Below, in pieces: positions 19,130 to 28,835 of a DNA stretch of 64,000 nucleotides. Source of the DNA: Paracoccaceae bacterium (GTDB lineage Bacteria > Pseudomonadota > Alphaproteobacteria > Rhodobacterales > Rhodobacteraceae); contig CBDCCF010000001.1 in assembly GCA_965214695.1 (NCBI GenBank), positions 18,838-82,837 of the forward strand. Reading direction: 5' to 3'. Position numbers and translations under genes: made by a program. How positions within the stretch are numbered: the first letter of the stretch is position 1; each line of letters opens with the position of its first letter. The notes beneath the pieces are model-generated. The model was not told where the DNA came from, made no database searches, and saw nothing but the letters and a program-made list of their open reading frames with translations.

Positions 19130-19420
19130 TTATTCGAAGATTCTCAAGAGAAAGAAGGTGAGCCCGGCCAGGGTGATGACCCCAATCTTTATCAGCAACC
19201 ATGCCACGCTGATACTGATGTAGATGACGAGGCAGTTCCAGATCCAGACAGGGAGTGGCAGCGGGTTCATCTGGAAATCGGTGATCAGACTCTTGATCGT
19301 TTGCCGGCTGGGTTGCCGCGATGGTCCGTTGTCGTCGTTATAGCCATCGTCATAGCCTGGAAATAGGGCGGATAAAGGATTCATTTTGGATGTTTCTCCC
19401 TTGCGCTTTGTCAACGACAC
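19130..19420 (-). CDS. small membrane protein
   Basis: ORF with a C-terminal double TM segment, directly upstream of the sulfatase. An alternative start lies at 19384. Confidence 0.35.
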   Translation of the reverse strand: MSLTKRKGETSKMNPLSALFPGYDDGYNDDNGPSRQPSRQTIKSLITDFQMNPLPLPVWIWNCLVIYISISVAWLLIKIGVITLAGLTFFLLRIFE

Positions 19421-19568
19421 GGGACAGTGTTGTCATCAGCCGCGGCGCGAATTGTGCAGGTAGGGTTCATGTTTTGTTCAGGCGAACGCATCCGTCATTG
19501 CATACAGTGCGCAGCGGGCGAAACAGGAGGCGAGGGGGCGATCGGGCCCCCTCCGGTTGTTTGTCTCT

Positions 19569-20327
19569 TTACTGGAACTCGTAGGTGATTTGGAGTTGCA
19601 TCGCCAGCGTGAGCTCGCCGGTGCTGAAGGCACCGGCGGAGTCGGCCATGGCCATATCGGAAAAGCTATTGCTGAAGAATCCGCCGCCGTGCCCGATGAT
19701 TTCGCTGATTTCGGTCGCTTCACCAACGCTTACGCCTATCAGGGCGGCGAGTTCCTCCGCTTTGGCGCGGGCATCGGCGACGGCGATGGCACGGGCCTCA
19801 GACTCGACGGTAGCCGGATTTTCCAGACTGAATCTGACGCTGCCGATGTCATTGGCGCCGGCTTCAATGGCAGCATCGAGAATGTCGCCGATGTTGTCCA
19901 GGTTGCGAATAGTGACGTAGGCGGTGTTGCGGACACGGTACTGCACCTGCTCCTCTGGCAGCAGGCCCTCCGGCCCGTAGCGTTCGGCGGAAATGTCGAA
20001 GTGTCTGGTCTGGATGTCTTTCTCCTCGATGTTCTGAGCAAGCAGGGCGGCCTTAACCGCTTGCATGATCCCGTTGGCTTCTGAGCTGGCCTCTCTCACG
20101 GTTGTGCGAAGAACAACGACGCCGATTCTGGCGGTGGCAACGTCCGGTTCGATGTTGACAACGCCTTCGCCGACAACGGTTACGGACCGTGCGGAAGCGG
20201 CCGTCGTTTCGCTTGCCAGGGCGGCGGGCGTCAAATGGGGGGCAGTGACGAAGTACAGGAGCGTCAGGGTGATTGCAGCGGTTGCAGCCAGGCAGATGGT
20301 TGTCCTGGTCCATTTTCTGGGTTGCAT
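19569..20327 (-). CDS. SIMPL/DUF541 domain protein (BP26/YggE-like periplasmic protein)
   Basis: Signal anchor plus DUF541-like blocks: NIEPDVATARIGV, YRVRNTAYVTIRNLDNIGDILDAAIEAGANDIGSVRFSL, ARAKAEELAALIG. Confidence 0.85.
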   Translation of the reverse strand: MQPRKWTRTTICLAATAAITLTLLYFVTAPHLTPAALASETTAASARSVTVVGEGVVNIEPDVATARIGVVVLRTTVREASSEANGIMQAVKAALLAQNIEEKDIQTRHFDISAERYGPEGLLPEEQVQYRVRNTAYVTIRNLDNIGDILDAAIEAGANDIGSVRFSLENPATVESEARAIAVADARAKAEELAALIGVSVGEATEISEIIGHGGGFFSNSFSDMAMADSAGAFSTGELTLAMQLQITYEFQ

Positions 20328-20579
20328 GCGGATATTCTCCTTGTGTAAATATTTGCCCGACTTGCGTTGCAGAATTACGGGGAGTCAGATTTTCTGTTTG
20401 CCTCCGGGGTACTGCCGGTGGCCTCTGCAACCCGTTTGAACGGCGAAGGAAAGGGCTGCAACTCGCTTACAGTGGCAGATCTTATCAATGAAGCGAGAGC
20501 AGCCCATGATCGAAATCGAGCAGGCTTGTGAGGACGATAATCACGACTGCGGCTTCCTAAGCTGGCCGGCATGGGTTCT

Positions 20580-21221
20580 TCACGCTTCACTATTCTGCCG
20601 GTCTTGTGGCAGATATGCTTTGTAAAAGCCAAAGCGCAATACGGACAATGCAGACCCTATCCAAAAGATGAGGGTGTACTCTACAGGTCCTAAGATTTCA
20701 AACATCCCGCGGGATCCGTATACATCGGGCCCATAGAGACTGAACAGGTAGGCAATGCCGGTGCCGATCGTGCTTGCCATTCCACAAACGAGAATTGAAA
20801 TAATCTGGGGCCGGTACTTCCTCCATTTCTCTCTTCCTTCCTTTTTTGCAGCATCACTCGCCGCTGTCATTTTTAGGAAGAGAAAATACCTTTTCAGGAC
20901 AGGAAAAGGCCGCAGCACACCCATGGAAACGGCAATGACCGGCCACGTGTATACAGCCCACCACACATAGGGGATGTCGCCGAACAGCTTTTCAAAAGAG
21001 ACGCCAATCAGCACGCCTGCCATGAGCAAAATGATGCACGTAAGGAGATGCGGCTGGTATTTCGATGGGACGGCAAAAGAGAGGGCGAGAAGGATGGTGG
21101 GGATGAAAGCAAGCATCATCAGCGGCCCCGACCCTCGAAATCCCCAAATGAAGTAACTCAGCATTACGGCTGCAAGCGCCAGTCCCCAAACTCTGTCCTT
21201 GCCTGTAAGTTTCATCCCCAT
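20580..21221 (-). CDS. polytopic membrane protein, unknown family
   Basis: Start at MGMKLTGKDRVWGLALAAVML. About 6 hydrophobic helices. Confidence 0.55.
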   Translation of the reverse strand: MGMKLTGKDRVWGLALAAVMLSYFIWGFRGSGPLMMLAFIPTILLALSFAVPSKYQPHLLTCIILLMAGVLIGVSFEKLFGDIPYVWWAVYTWPVIAVSMGVLRPFPVLKRYFLFLKMTAASDAAKKEGREKWRKYRPQIISILVCGMASTIGTGIAYLFSLYGPDVYGSRGMFEILGPVEYTLIFWIGSALSVLRFGFYKAYLPQDRQNSEA

Positions 21222-21401
21222 GTTTTCCTCCCCGGTTTTAGAGAGCCACTGGGAGTCATGAAGCGAAATCGCGGTGTGATGCGGCGAGTCGCAGCCGCAG
21301 CCCCAGGCCATGATTTCGCTGACGTCCAACGCGTCAGCACTACTGGACCCGAGCCGCTCCCAGGGGCCGAGTAGCCCCCAGGAGTGCGCCCACCTGCCTC
21401 T

Positions 21402-22154
21402 CTATCTGGCCGGCTCGAGGGCGAAGGTCGCTTTCAACGAGATGGCGACTTCCACTTCGTTGATGTTATTGGTTGCTGCGGAACCCGCATTGCGCAAAAA
21501 ACTGTAGATGCCGGAGGATTCCAGGCTTTCGAGAGCAATGCATCCTCCTGCAGGAGCGGCTACGCCGGACGATGAAATGTCTTCGGAAACGGCCCTGATC
21601 GGGCCCGGCGTCATCTCGAGCAGTCCGGCCATGCGCGCGGCGCGTGTGCGGGCGTCGTTGAGCGCGGCCTGCATGGCCTCTTCCTCAAGCGCGGCACAGT
21701 CCTCTACCATGAAGCTAAAACTGGCTGCCTGAATGTTGGGGCCTCGTCTGCCTTCCATCCCGTCCAGCACGGCCTGCAGCATTGTGCGCAGACCGGCAAC
21801 GTCGGAGTAGATGAAGCTGATTTCTCCTGCCGGACTGTTGGAGCCGTAGGAGTAGTCCGTGCTCAAGGCATTTATCTCGATGGTCTCTTCGTCAACGCCG
21901 TTCTTGACCAGGAGGTCCTGTACGTCCTCCAGGTCGGCTGGTTGGACGAAAACCAGTTTGGGCCCGCCCGGTCCGTAGGTTGGTTCTTCGTTGATGTAGA
22001 GGTCGACGCGCACACTGTCGGGGGGCGATGATGCGGCGCCGTGCCCCAGCGCAGTCATGGTTGCGCCTTCCTCTACAGCCGATGCGCCGTAACCGATTGC
22101 GGGGACAACCAGGAGCGCGAGCAGGCATAACATGACAATCACTTTGGTTTTCAC
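21402..22154 (-). CDS. divergent SIMPL/DUF541-like secreted protein
   Basis: Signal peptide MKTKVIVMLCLLALLVVPA. The C-terminal half (AMQAALNDARTRAARMAGLLEM...VAISLKATFALE) matches the DUF541 pattern and the remnant at 26-475. Confidence 0.72.
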   Translation of the reverse strand: MKTKVIVMLCLLALLVVPAIGYGASAVEEGATMTALGHGAASSPPDSVRVDLYINEEPTYGPGGPKLVFVQPADLEDVQDLLVKNGVDEETIEINALSTDYSYGSNSPAGEISFIYSDVAGLRTMLQAVLDGMEGRRGPNIQAASFSFMVEDCAALEEEAMQAALNDARTRAARMAGLLEMTPGPIRAVSEDISSSGVAAPAGGCIALESLESSGIYSFLRNAGSAATNNINEVEVAISLKATFALEPAR

Positions 22155-22198
22155 TCTCTGTCTCCTTTGCGAATGTACTGCTCGGTTGACAACGTCGA

Positions 22199-22690
22199 TC
22201 AGGATATTGTATCCACGCTTTGTCTGATTTCCCCGTAGTAATTTCCAATCACTCTCGCGAGTGCGATTAAACCTGCTATGGCCACCGGAATCAGACAGGC
22301 GAGAAGAAGCCGACCCTCACAGTAGAACTCATTCACATAATAGGCATCCCCCTCGCAATCGACCCTAACCAAGACCACTACTTCACTGATCAGAACTATG
22401 ATCATAGGAAGCAGAAGCAAGGTTCCGATCCGCGCATGTGAAACCTGCCTTGTCACCAAAAGGATAGCCATCGCCAACAGTGCCAGAAGCGCCAGGCCAA
22501 GCGCAAAAAAGTTATACACTGCGCAGGCAAGCTCGTTTTCCAGATAGGCCATGCCCTCACAATTGACTTGCGCAAGACTCATCTTCAGCGCGAACAAAGC
22601 CGCTGTAAGGCCTGCCGTGAATAGCACATATAAGGGCAACCATTTGGGATTTTTTTTCGTGTGCATAGGGGGCCTTCCTCCCCAGTCCAT
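22199..22690 (-). CDS. membrane protein with repeated CEG motifs
   Basis: 163-aa ORF with 4 TM helices and two NCEG/DCEG plus YxxNE(L/F)xC repeats. Confidence 0.5.
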   Translation of the reverse strand: MDWGGRPPMHTKKNPKWLPLYVLFTAGLTAALFALKMSLAQVNCEGMAYLENELACAVYNFFALGLALLALLAMAILLVTRQVSHARIGTLLLLPMIIVLISEVVVLVRVDCEGDAYYVNEFYCEGRLLLACLIPVAIAGLIALARVIGNYYGEIRQSVDTIS

Positions 22691-22766
22691 AATTTTCCAG
22701 GGCCTACGTTCTTAAGTTCACAGCCCCTTTCGGGGTAGTGTTCATGTGTGCCAGGGTGAGGGATTG

Positions 22767-23129
22767 TCAACATAATGCAAGACCACGCTCAATGAGCGGA
22801 CCCAAATCGATTTTGACTGATGACTCTAGTGGATCTGTTCGCCGAACTGGTTCGATGTCTGCAGTTCTAGCGAATTGCGGTGCATGCACACCATTCACAG
22901 AGTAAGTTACTCCTTCCAGAGGATCATGAAGAGTTATAGCGCCTTTGACACATTGAGAAAACGGGAAACCGCGGCGGTCAACGCATTGACAATGCAGGTA
23001 GCCTTTTTCGATTGTCAATGGCCACTCCTCGCCCATATCCTCACTGTAAATGGTCCTGGTTCCTCCGGTATTTGGCTCACATCCAGAAATTATGAGCACA
23101 AGAAACAGCAGGAAAAGAACACGTTTCAT
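22767..23129 (-). CDS. DUF2511 (YebY-like) lipoprotein
   Basis: Start [19 protein letters not shown]. The body resembles E. coli YebY: [10 protein letters not shown]...YSVNG.A...DIEPV..DP......[14 protein letters not shown] at the C-terminus. Confidence 0.62.
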   Translation of the reverse strand: MKRVLFLLFLVLIISGCEPNTGGTRTIYSEDMGEEWPLTIEKGYLHCQCVDRRGFPFSQCVKGAITLHDPLEGVTYSVNGVHAPQFARTADIEPVRRTDPLESSVKIDLGPLIERGLALC

Positions 23130-23169
23130 CTGTTTCCCTCCGGTCAATAGCACAGGCTGTCTCTGGCAG

Positions 23170-23872
23170 GTCAGCGCACGCGCTGCGCGAGACAAAGTTG
23201 GGCTGTGAACTCAAGTGTACCGGTCCCGTTTTGCCGGTATAGAACAGGCCGGCGACATTGAATCCGAGCAGTTTCGCCAGTTCGTCAGTTTTGGCGCGGG
23301 CCAGCGCTTGCGTGCGTTTCGGATTCAAGCGCAGCCGGATCAGGCAGGCTGAAGTCGACGCTATATATGTTGTTGGCGCCGGCGTCGATCGCGGCATCCA
23401 GCACGGCGTCGATGCTGTCCAGATCCCGAATCGTAATGAGGAGGGTGTTGTTGGCGTGGTAACGCGTGTGATTTTCATTCAGCAGGCCGTCCGGGCCCAG
23501 GCGTTCGGCAAAGATGTTGAGGTGACTGATGCGGATGTCCGATTCGTCAATGTTCTGGGCGACGAGCGCGGCCCATACATCTGTCATTACGGCTTGGGCG
23601 GCTGAAGTGGCTTCCTTCACGGTTGGGCGCAGAATTTCCACCCCTATGGTCGCGGTTGCCACATCCGGTTCGATGCTGACGGTTTCCTTGCCCGCGGAAG
23701 TCACAGCTTGCGAGCCTGTCGAGGCCGGGGACTCTGTGCCGGTCGATGTCAGGAAGGCTGCGTCTGCCAACACGGGCGGCGTTCCGGGAAGCAGTACGAA
23801 GAGAGCGGTCAGGGTGAATGCCAGTATCATACCGAGGTCAACTGTCATTCTGATTGGATTGGTGTACGGCAT
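23170..23872 (-). pseudogene. SIMPL/DUF541 paralog disrupted by frameshifts
   Basis: ORF 23285-23872 matches the 19569 paralog up to ..FSLPDPAALESE. Homology then continues in another frame (ORF 23077-23478: RTQALARAKTDELAKLLGFNV..) and again in a third frame (GTLEFTAQL..). Confidence 0.62.
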
Positions 23873-24130
23873 TGCATGCCTCCTTGTCTTGGCCGCTATT
23901 GCCAGATTGTGCCGGCGCGAAAGGCACTATTGCAGTTGTGGGGAACAGTATACGCGCCTTCAACGGGGTCTGGCTCGCTCAAATGTACCGATACCGGCAG
24001 AGCAAATGTACCAAAATCGGTATATAGTTTTACGAAGGCGCGTTGGGTGGAGGAATCAGCGGGCTCAGGAGTTCAGACTGTTGCCTTGTTGGAAGTTATA
24101 GACCTCAAGATAGTAGATCAGTAATGGGAC

Positions 24131-24165
24131 AGATCGGTATGATCTGTCCCATTACGTCTTGAAAA
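24131..24165. promoter_or_regulatory. perfect 15-bp inverted repeat in a divergent intergenic region
   Basis: GTAATGGGACAGATC-ggtat-GATCTGTCCCATTAC, located between the minus-strand SIMPL pseudogene and the plus-strand MmyB-like regulator in an AT-rich spacer. Confidence 0.55.
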
Positions 24166-24507
24166 ATCATATAATTGCAATAATAGGGTTCCGGAGGTCC
24201 TGATTGCCTGCTCTTATGCGGCCAGCGGTTGGGGCTCACCATAGCTCTAACCCAAAACCAGTAGATAAACCCTCATTTTACCCAATCCGCTAAGAAGTGA
24301 TTCGACTGCTAATGTCTGCGGTTACGTGTCGCAATGTCGTACAAAGTCCTGGACGGAGACGGATTGCTCCAATATTGGCATAATACTGACACAAAAAAAG
24401 AAAAAATGACACTCTAATTACATGTGGGCGTGGTAGACTTTAACTTATGGGGATCTGAATGGGAGCTACATTAATTCGAGAGCGCTGGCAACGAGGAGGG
24501 GGAGGGC

Positions 24508-25431
24508 GTGGAGCACAAGGCTTTCGGCCAGATCGTGACCGCGTTGCGCAAGGAGCAGATCGACTTTGCCAGCGGGCACAGTTGGAGTCAGCATCGACTG
24601 GCCGACGAGACAGGGTTGACGGTGCGGATTGTGGGTAAGATCGAAAGGGGGGAGCAGGCGCGGCTGGACAGGGAGATCCTGGAAGGATTGGCGCAGGCCT
24701 TTCAACTCACATCGTTTGAACGCCGGGAGTTCTTTGCCATGGCCAGCGAGGTGACGGACGCGGGGCTCGTGCGCGCCGCTCTAGGCAGCGAAGAGGTTTT
24801 CACGCAGGTCTGGTCATTGTTGGACACCCTGTGCGCGCCGGCGTTCCTCATGGACCCTTTCGCCGATATCATCGGCGTCAACCGCGCTCTGCTCGCGTTT
24901 CACGACTTGAACCTGGCCCAACTCAAAGCTGCCCGGGCAACTGCTGCGGGCGCAAATAACATCGTTTTTCTCCTGGCTCCCGATGGACGCCTGCGGCAGA
25001 TGTTGGGGCGCGGCTGGCGGCCGATCGCCCTCGCCAATGTGCAGCAGTGGCGGGCCATGACTCTGCGTTACCGGCACACGCCCCGCTTCCGGCAGCTTTT
25101 CAGCGCGCTGTCCGCCTATCCCGACTTTCAGAGACTGTGGGAGGACAGCCATGAGGACGGTTACGACGATTACAGCCGTCTGCGCAGCTATTCTTACATG
25201 CACGGCGCGCACGGTCCGGTCGCCTACACGATTTTTACCAACACCAGCCTCAGCGGCTATGGAGAACTGTATCTCTCCACCTTTGTGCCCCAGGACCGCG
25301 TCACAACCGCTCTTTTCCAGGAACTGGCTGGTAAGAGCGGTCAAGCGCTATCTCTTGCTCCGTGGCCGAATCCCAGCCTGGGACAAGGTGCGCGTAACGG
25401 CAGGGGGAAGGGAATAGGGGCTAGGGGCTAG
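24508..25431 (+). CDS. XRE-type HTH transcriptional regulator with an MmyB-like ligand-binding domain
   Basis: GTG start. HTH segment WSQHRLADETGLTVRIVGKIERGEQ, followed by the LTSFERREFFAMA.. linker typical of MmyB-family regulators. Confidence 0.78.
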   Translation: MEHKAFGQIVTALRKEQIDFASGHSWSQHRLADETGLTVRIVGKIERGEQARLDREILEGLAQAFQLTSFERREFFAMASEVTDAGLVRAALGSEEVFTQVWSLLDTLCAPAFLMDPFADIIGVNRALLAFHDLNLAQLKAARATAAGANNIVFLLAPDGRLRQMLGRGWRPIALANVQQWRAMTLRYRHTPRFRQLFSALSAYPDFQRLWEDSHEDGYDDYSRLRSYSYMHGAHGPVAYTIFTNTSLSGYGELYLSTFVPQDRVTTALFQELAGKSGQALSLAPWPNPSLGQGARNGRGKGIGARG

Positions 25432-25500
25432 AGAGTCGTGAGGGACCCCTCGCACCGCACAAGGGGACAGAGGCGGAGCGGGCTTCGTTCAGGTTATCAG
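25393..25500 (+). repeat. second copy of the heptamer G-tract plus CACAAGG composite element
   Basis: TAACGGCAGGGGGAA GGGAATA GGGGCTA GGGGCTA ... CGCACAAGGGGACAGAGGCGGAGCGGGCTTCGTTC. It is collinear with 11210-11368 and fills the gap between the regulator and comM. Confidence 0.55.
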
Positions 25501-27027
25501 TCTCGGTCGATATTGCAGGGCCTCGGCCAGGTGGGGCGTGTCGATTTCCTCTTCCCCGGCGAGGTCGGCGATGGTGCGGGCCAGTTTGAGGACGCGATGG
25601 TAGGCGCGAGCGCTGAGGTCGATCTGGCGCACGGCGGTCTGCATCAGATTCTTGCCGTTCTCTTTCAGTTGACAGTAGCGTCGGACCTCGGCCGGGCCCA
25701 TGTCACCGTTGACGACGATTTGGACTTTGTCCTGTTGGGCGAAACGGGTCTGTTGACGGACGCGGGCCTGTTCTACGCGGCGACGGATGTGGGCGGAAGG
25801 CTCGCCCGTTTCGAGGCCGGAGAGCTTTTGGAAAGGGACGCGGGCTACGTCGACGTGGAGGTCGATGCGGTCGAGGAGGGGGCCGCTGATACGGCCCTGG
25901 TAGCGCTGAACGGTCGACATGGAGCAGGAACAGGGCTTGCGATCGTCGCCGTAGAAGCCGCAGGGACAGGGGTTCATGGCGGCCACGAACATGAAATTGG
26001 CGGGGAAGGAGAGGGTGCCGGCGGCGCGGCTGATGGTTATGACTTTGTCTTCCAAGGGTTGGCGCAGGCTCTCCAGGTTTTTGGAGCCGAACTCGGGCAG
26101 TTCGTCGAGGAAGAGGACGCCGCGGTGGGCGAGGCTGATCTCTCCGGGGCGGGGTATGGCGCCGCCGCCGACAAGGCCGGCGTGGCTGATGGTGTGGTGG
26201 GGGGCGCGGAAAGGACGGGCGCGGATCAGCGGGCCAGCGCCGTCGAGTTCGCCGGCGACTGAGTAGATGCGGGTGACTTCGAGGGACTCGGACAGGGTGG
26301 CTGCCGGCAGAATCGAAGGCAGGGCGCGGGCCATGAGTGTTTTGCCGCTGCCGGGCGGGCCCACGAGACGCACATTGTGGCTGCCTGCGCAGGCGATTTC
26401 AAAGGCGCGTTTGGCATGTTCCTGCCCGCGAATGTCCTGAAAGTCGACGGCGTAGACGACTTCTTCACCGGCTTCGAACGCCGTCGCGTTCTGGGGCGAA
26501 ATCTCTTGCTGGCCGGACAGATGGGCGACGAGATCGCTGAGATGCGCGACGGGGAAGACGTCGATTCCTTCGACGAGCGCGGCTTCGGATGCGTTGGGTT
26601 GGGGTATGAACAGGCGGCGGTAGCCTGCCTTTTGGGCCATTGCCGCCATTGAAAGGGCACCGTTAACTTGACGCACGGAGCCGTCCAGACCCAGTTCACC
26701 GACGACGAGCGCGTCGTCCATTTCGGCCAACAACTGGCGGGTGGCAGCCATGATGCCGAGGGCGATGGGCAGGTCGTAAGCCGGGCCGTCTTTGCGCAGG
26801 TCGGCCGGGGCCAGATTGACGGTCAGGCGATGTTGGGGAAAGAGGAAACCGCTGTTGGCGATTGCGGAACGAACGCGTTCACCGCTTTCGCGCACGGCGG
26901 CGCTGGGCAGGCCGACGACGGTGAGCCGCTCGAGCCCGTTGGTGATATCGACTTCGACTTCGATCTGTTCGGCATCCAATCCTACAATGGCACAACTGCG
27001 CACTTTGGCGAGCATTAACGCCTCCAT
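25489..27027 (-). CDS. comM: YifB/ComM-family Mg-chelatase-like AAA+ ATPase
   Basis: N-terminal Lon-like domain (VRSCAIVGLDAEQIEVEVDI..GLPSAAVRESGERVRSAI), Walker A GPPGSGKT, and C-terminal ChlI-like region. Confidence 0.9.
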   Translation of the reverse strand: MEALMLAKVRSCAIVGLDAEQIEVEVDITNGLERLTVVGLPSAAVRESGERVRSAIANSGFLFPQHRLTVNLAPADLRKDGPAYDLPIALGIMAATRQLLAEMDDALVVGELGLDGSVRQVNGALSMAAMAQKAGYRRLFIPQPNASEAALVEGIDVFPVAHLSDLVAHLSGQQEISPQNATAFEAGEEVVYAVDFQDIRGQEHAKRAFEIACAGSHNVRLVGPPGSGKTLMARALPSILPAATLSESLEVTRIYSVAGELDGAGPLIRARPFRAPHHTISHAGLVGGGAIPRPGEISLAHRGVLFLDELPEFGSKNLESLRQPLEDKVITISRAAGTLSFPANFMFVAAMNPCPCGFYGDDRKPCSCSMSTVQRYQGRISGPLLDRIDLHVDVARVPFQKLSGLETGEPSAHIRRRVEQARVRQQTRFAQQDKVQIVVNGDMGPAEVRRYCQLKENGKNLMQTAVRQIDLSARAYHRVLKLARTIADLAGEEEIDTPHLAEALQYRPRLIT

Positions 27028-27326
27028 TGGGGGATAGCGAGGTGACAGCAGATTTGGCCAGGGGTCGTTGACAGTTCCAGAGGCCCGGCGTTCTTAGTGT
27101 GGCCAGATGCAACCGTCGGGGCAACTACAAGGGCTGCCCAGGGCATACGCATCTTATAGGGAGAGGATTTTTGGGAGACAGTCAGTTCTCCTACCGGCTC
27201 GATTACGTTTGGCGGCAATGCCGATGGGGGCGCTTTCTCTCTGTGCAGGAGGTCGGGAGCCAAGCGGCGCAAGACCAGTTTTGAACAGGATGTCCAAATG
27301 CCGACGGAGCCTGATAACCGGCATAA

Positions 27327-28568
27327 TCAGTGTTCGACCTCGACCCACAGCTCTTCGACGCCCCGCAGCACAATCTGTTCTTTGAACACAGGATCAGAGG
27401 CCAACCGTATCGAAGAGAACCGCGCCAGCAGGCTGGTGAAGGCTATGCGTCCTTCCAGGATCGCAAGCGGAGAGCCGAGGCAGTAGTGAATGCCGCGCCC
27501 GAAGGACAGGTGGCTGACTTCGTCGCGCCCGATATCCAGTTCGTCGGGGTTGGCAAAAACTTGCGGGTCTCGATTTGCAGCCCCCACTATCGCCAGAATC
27601 CGCTGCCCGGCAGCAATCCGTTTGCCCCCGATCTCCACATCGTCGATGGCGTTACGCGAGTCGATCTGTACGGGGCTGTCATACCTGAGCAACTCGTTGA
27701 TGGCCGAATCCAACAGTTCGGGATGATCCCTGAGCCGCTGCAGCTGCGCCGGATTCTTAAGCAGGGCCAACATGCCGTTGCCGATCAGGTTACGCGTCGT
27801 CTCGTTGCCTGCGACCAGCAACAGCATCAGTGTTGACAGCAGTTCCTCGTGCGTCAGTCTGTCCCCCTCTTCCTCAGCAGCCAGCAACGCGCTGATCATG
27901 TCATTCTGGGGCGCCTGCCTCCGCTGCTCGATGATACCCTCGAAATAGTCGAAGAGCTCCTCGGTCGCCTGTTGGACCCGCTCTATCTGTTCGTTGTTGA
28001 GCAGTGGATTGACCGAGAGTGCAATGTCGTCGGACCACTCCCGGAAACGCGCTCGGTCCTCTGCTGGAACGCCCAGCATCTCGGCGATGACAATAACCGG
28101 CAACGGGAATGCAAAATCGCTAATCAGATCAATCCGGCTTTTGCCGGCGACCGCGTCCAGGAGTTCGTCAACAAGTCCTTGGATGCGCGGCCCAAGCTCC
28201 CTTACAGCGCGCGGGGTAAAGGCCTTGGAGACAAGCCCCCTCAACCTGGTGTGATCAGGGGGGTCCAGATCCAGAAATGTTCGATACTGCATGTAATCGT
28301 AGTTGCGCTCCGCGTTCGTAAAGCGCTTGTGGTCAATCAGAACGTCCTGCACATCTTCGTACCGGGTCAACGCCCACGCCTCGATTAACCGCATACGGTG
28401 GACGGGATCCTTCCGGCGCAACTGTTCGTAGGTGCGGTATGGGTCCTCTATGAACGCACTGGAGGTCAAGTCGTAATTGACCCCAGACTCCAGACGTTCC
28501 CACGCCAGCAGAATCCGCTTTACGACCGGTTTCACCACATTGAGCACGATTTTCGACATGTCAGCCAC
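27327..28568 (-). CDS. cytochrome P450
   Basis: I-helix LLVAGNETT, ExxR (NELLRYDSP) and heme loop FGRGIHYCLGSPLA. Confidence 0.9.
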   Translation of the reverse strand: MADMSKIVLNVVKPVVKRILLAWERLESGVNYDLTSSAFIEDPYRTYEQLRRKDPVHRMRLIEAWALTRYEDVQDVLIDHKRFTNAERNYDYMQYRTFLDLDPPDHTRLRGLVSKAFTPRAVRELGPRIQGLVDELLDAVAGKSRIDLISDFAFPLPVIVIAEMLGVPAEDRARFREWSDDIALSVNPLLNNEQIERVQQATEELFDYFEGIIEQRRQAPQNDMISALLAAEEEGDRLTHEELLSTLMLLLVAGNETTRNLIGNGMLALLKNPAQLQRLRDHPELLDSAINELLRYDSPVQIDSRNAIDDVEIGGKRIAAGQRILAIVGAANRDPQVFANPDELDIGRDEVSHLSFGRGIHYCLGSPLAILEGRIAFTSLLARFSSIRLASDPVFKEQIVLRGVEELWVEVEH

Positions 28569-28694
28569 CTTATTTTCCTCGCAGTGGGCATCACAAGCAC
28601 GACAGCCAACTGCAGAATACTCTCCCCTCTCTGGTGCGTCAAGGCTTCAGAAGCCGAGGCGGCCGGGACGGCAGTTTTTAGTGAACTGCCGAGT

Positions 28695-28835
28695 ACGGAG
28701 AACACCTTTTTTATCCGCGGAGGACGCGGAGGGGCGCGGAGAATACCAAAGGCGGAGCGGATTTTCTTTGTGCAGCTGCGCGGGCCGGCCGCATTTTGCT
28801 CCTGCAAACCGCCGTTCGGGCAAACGTCAACGCGC
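28695..28835 (+). repeat. MITE/REP-like element family, copy 1 (short form)
   Basis: Tandem CGCGGAG(R) units, then GATTTTCT(T)TGTGCAGCTGCGC..GCATTTTGCTCCTGCAAA(C/T)CGCCGTTCGG.CA.ACG.CAACG. Same orientation as the other four copies. Confidence 0.8.

Noticed and set aside
17748-19223. 491-aa plus-strand ORF
   Set aside because: It is antisense to the sulfatase gene and is a shadow ORF.
25438-26262. 274-aa plus-strand ORF (and other plus ORFs up to 27037)
   Set aside because: They are antisense to comM/yifB.
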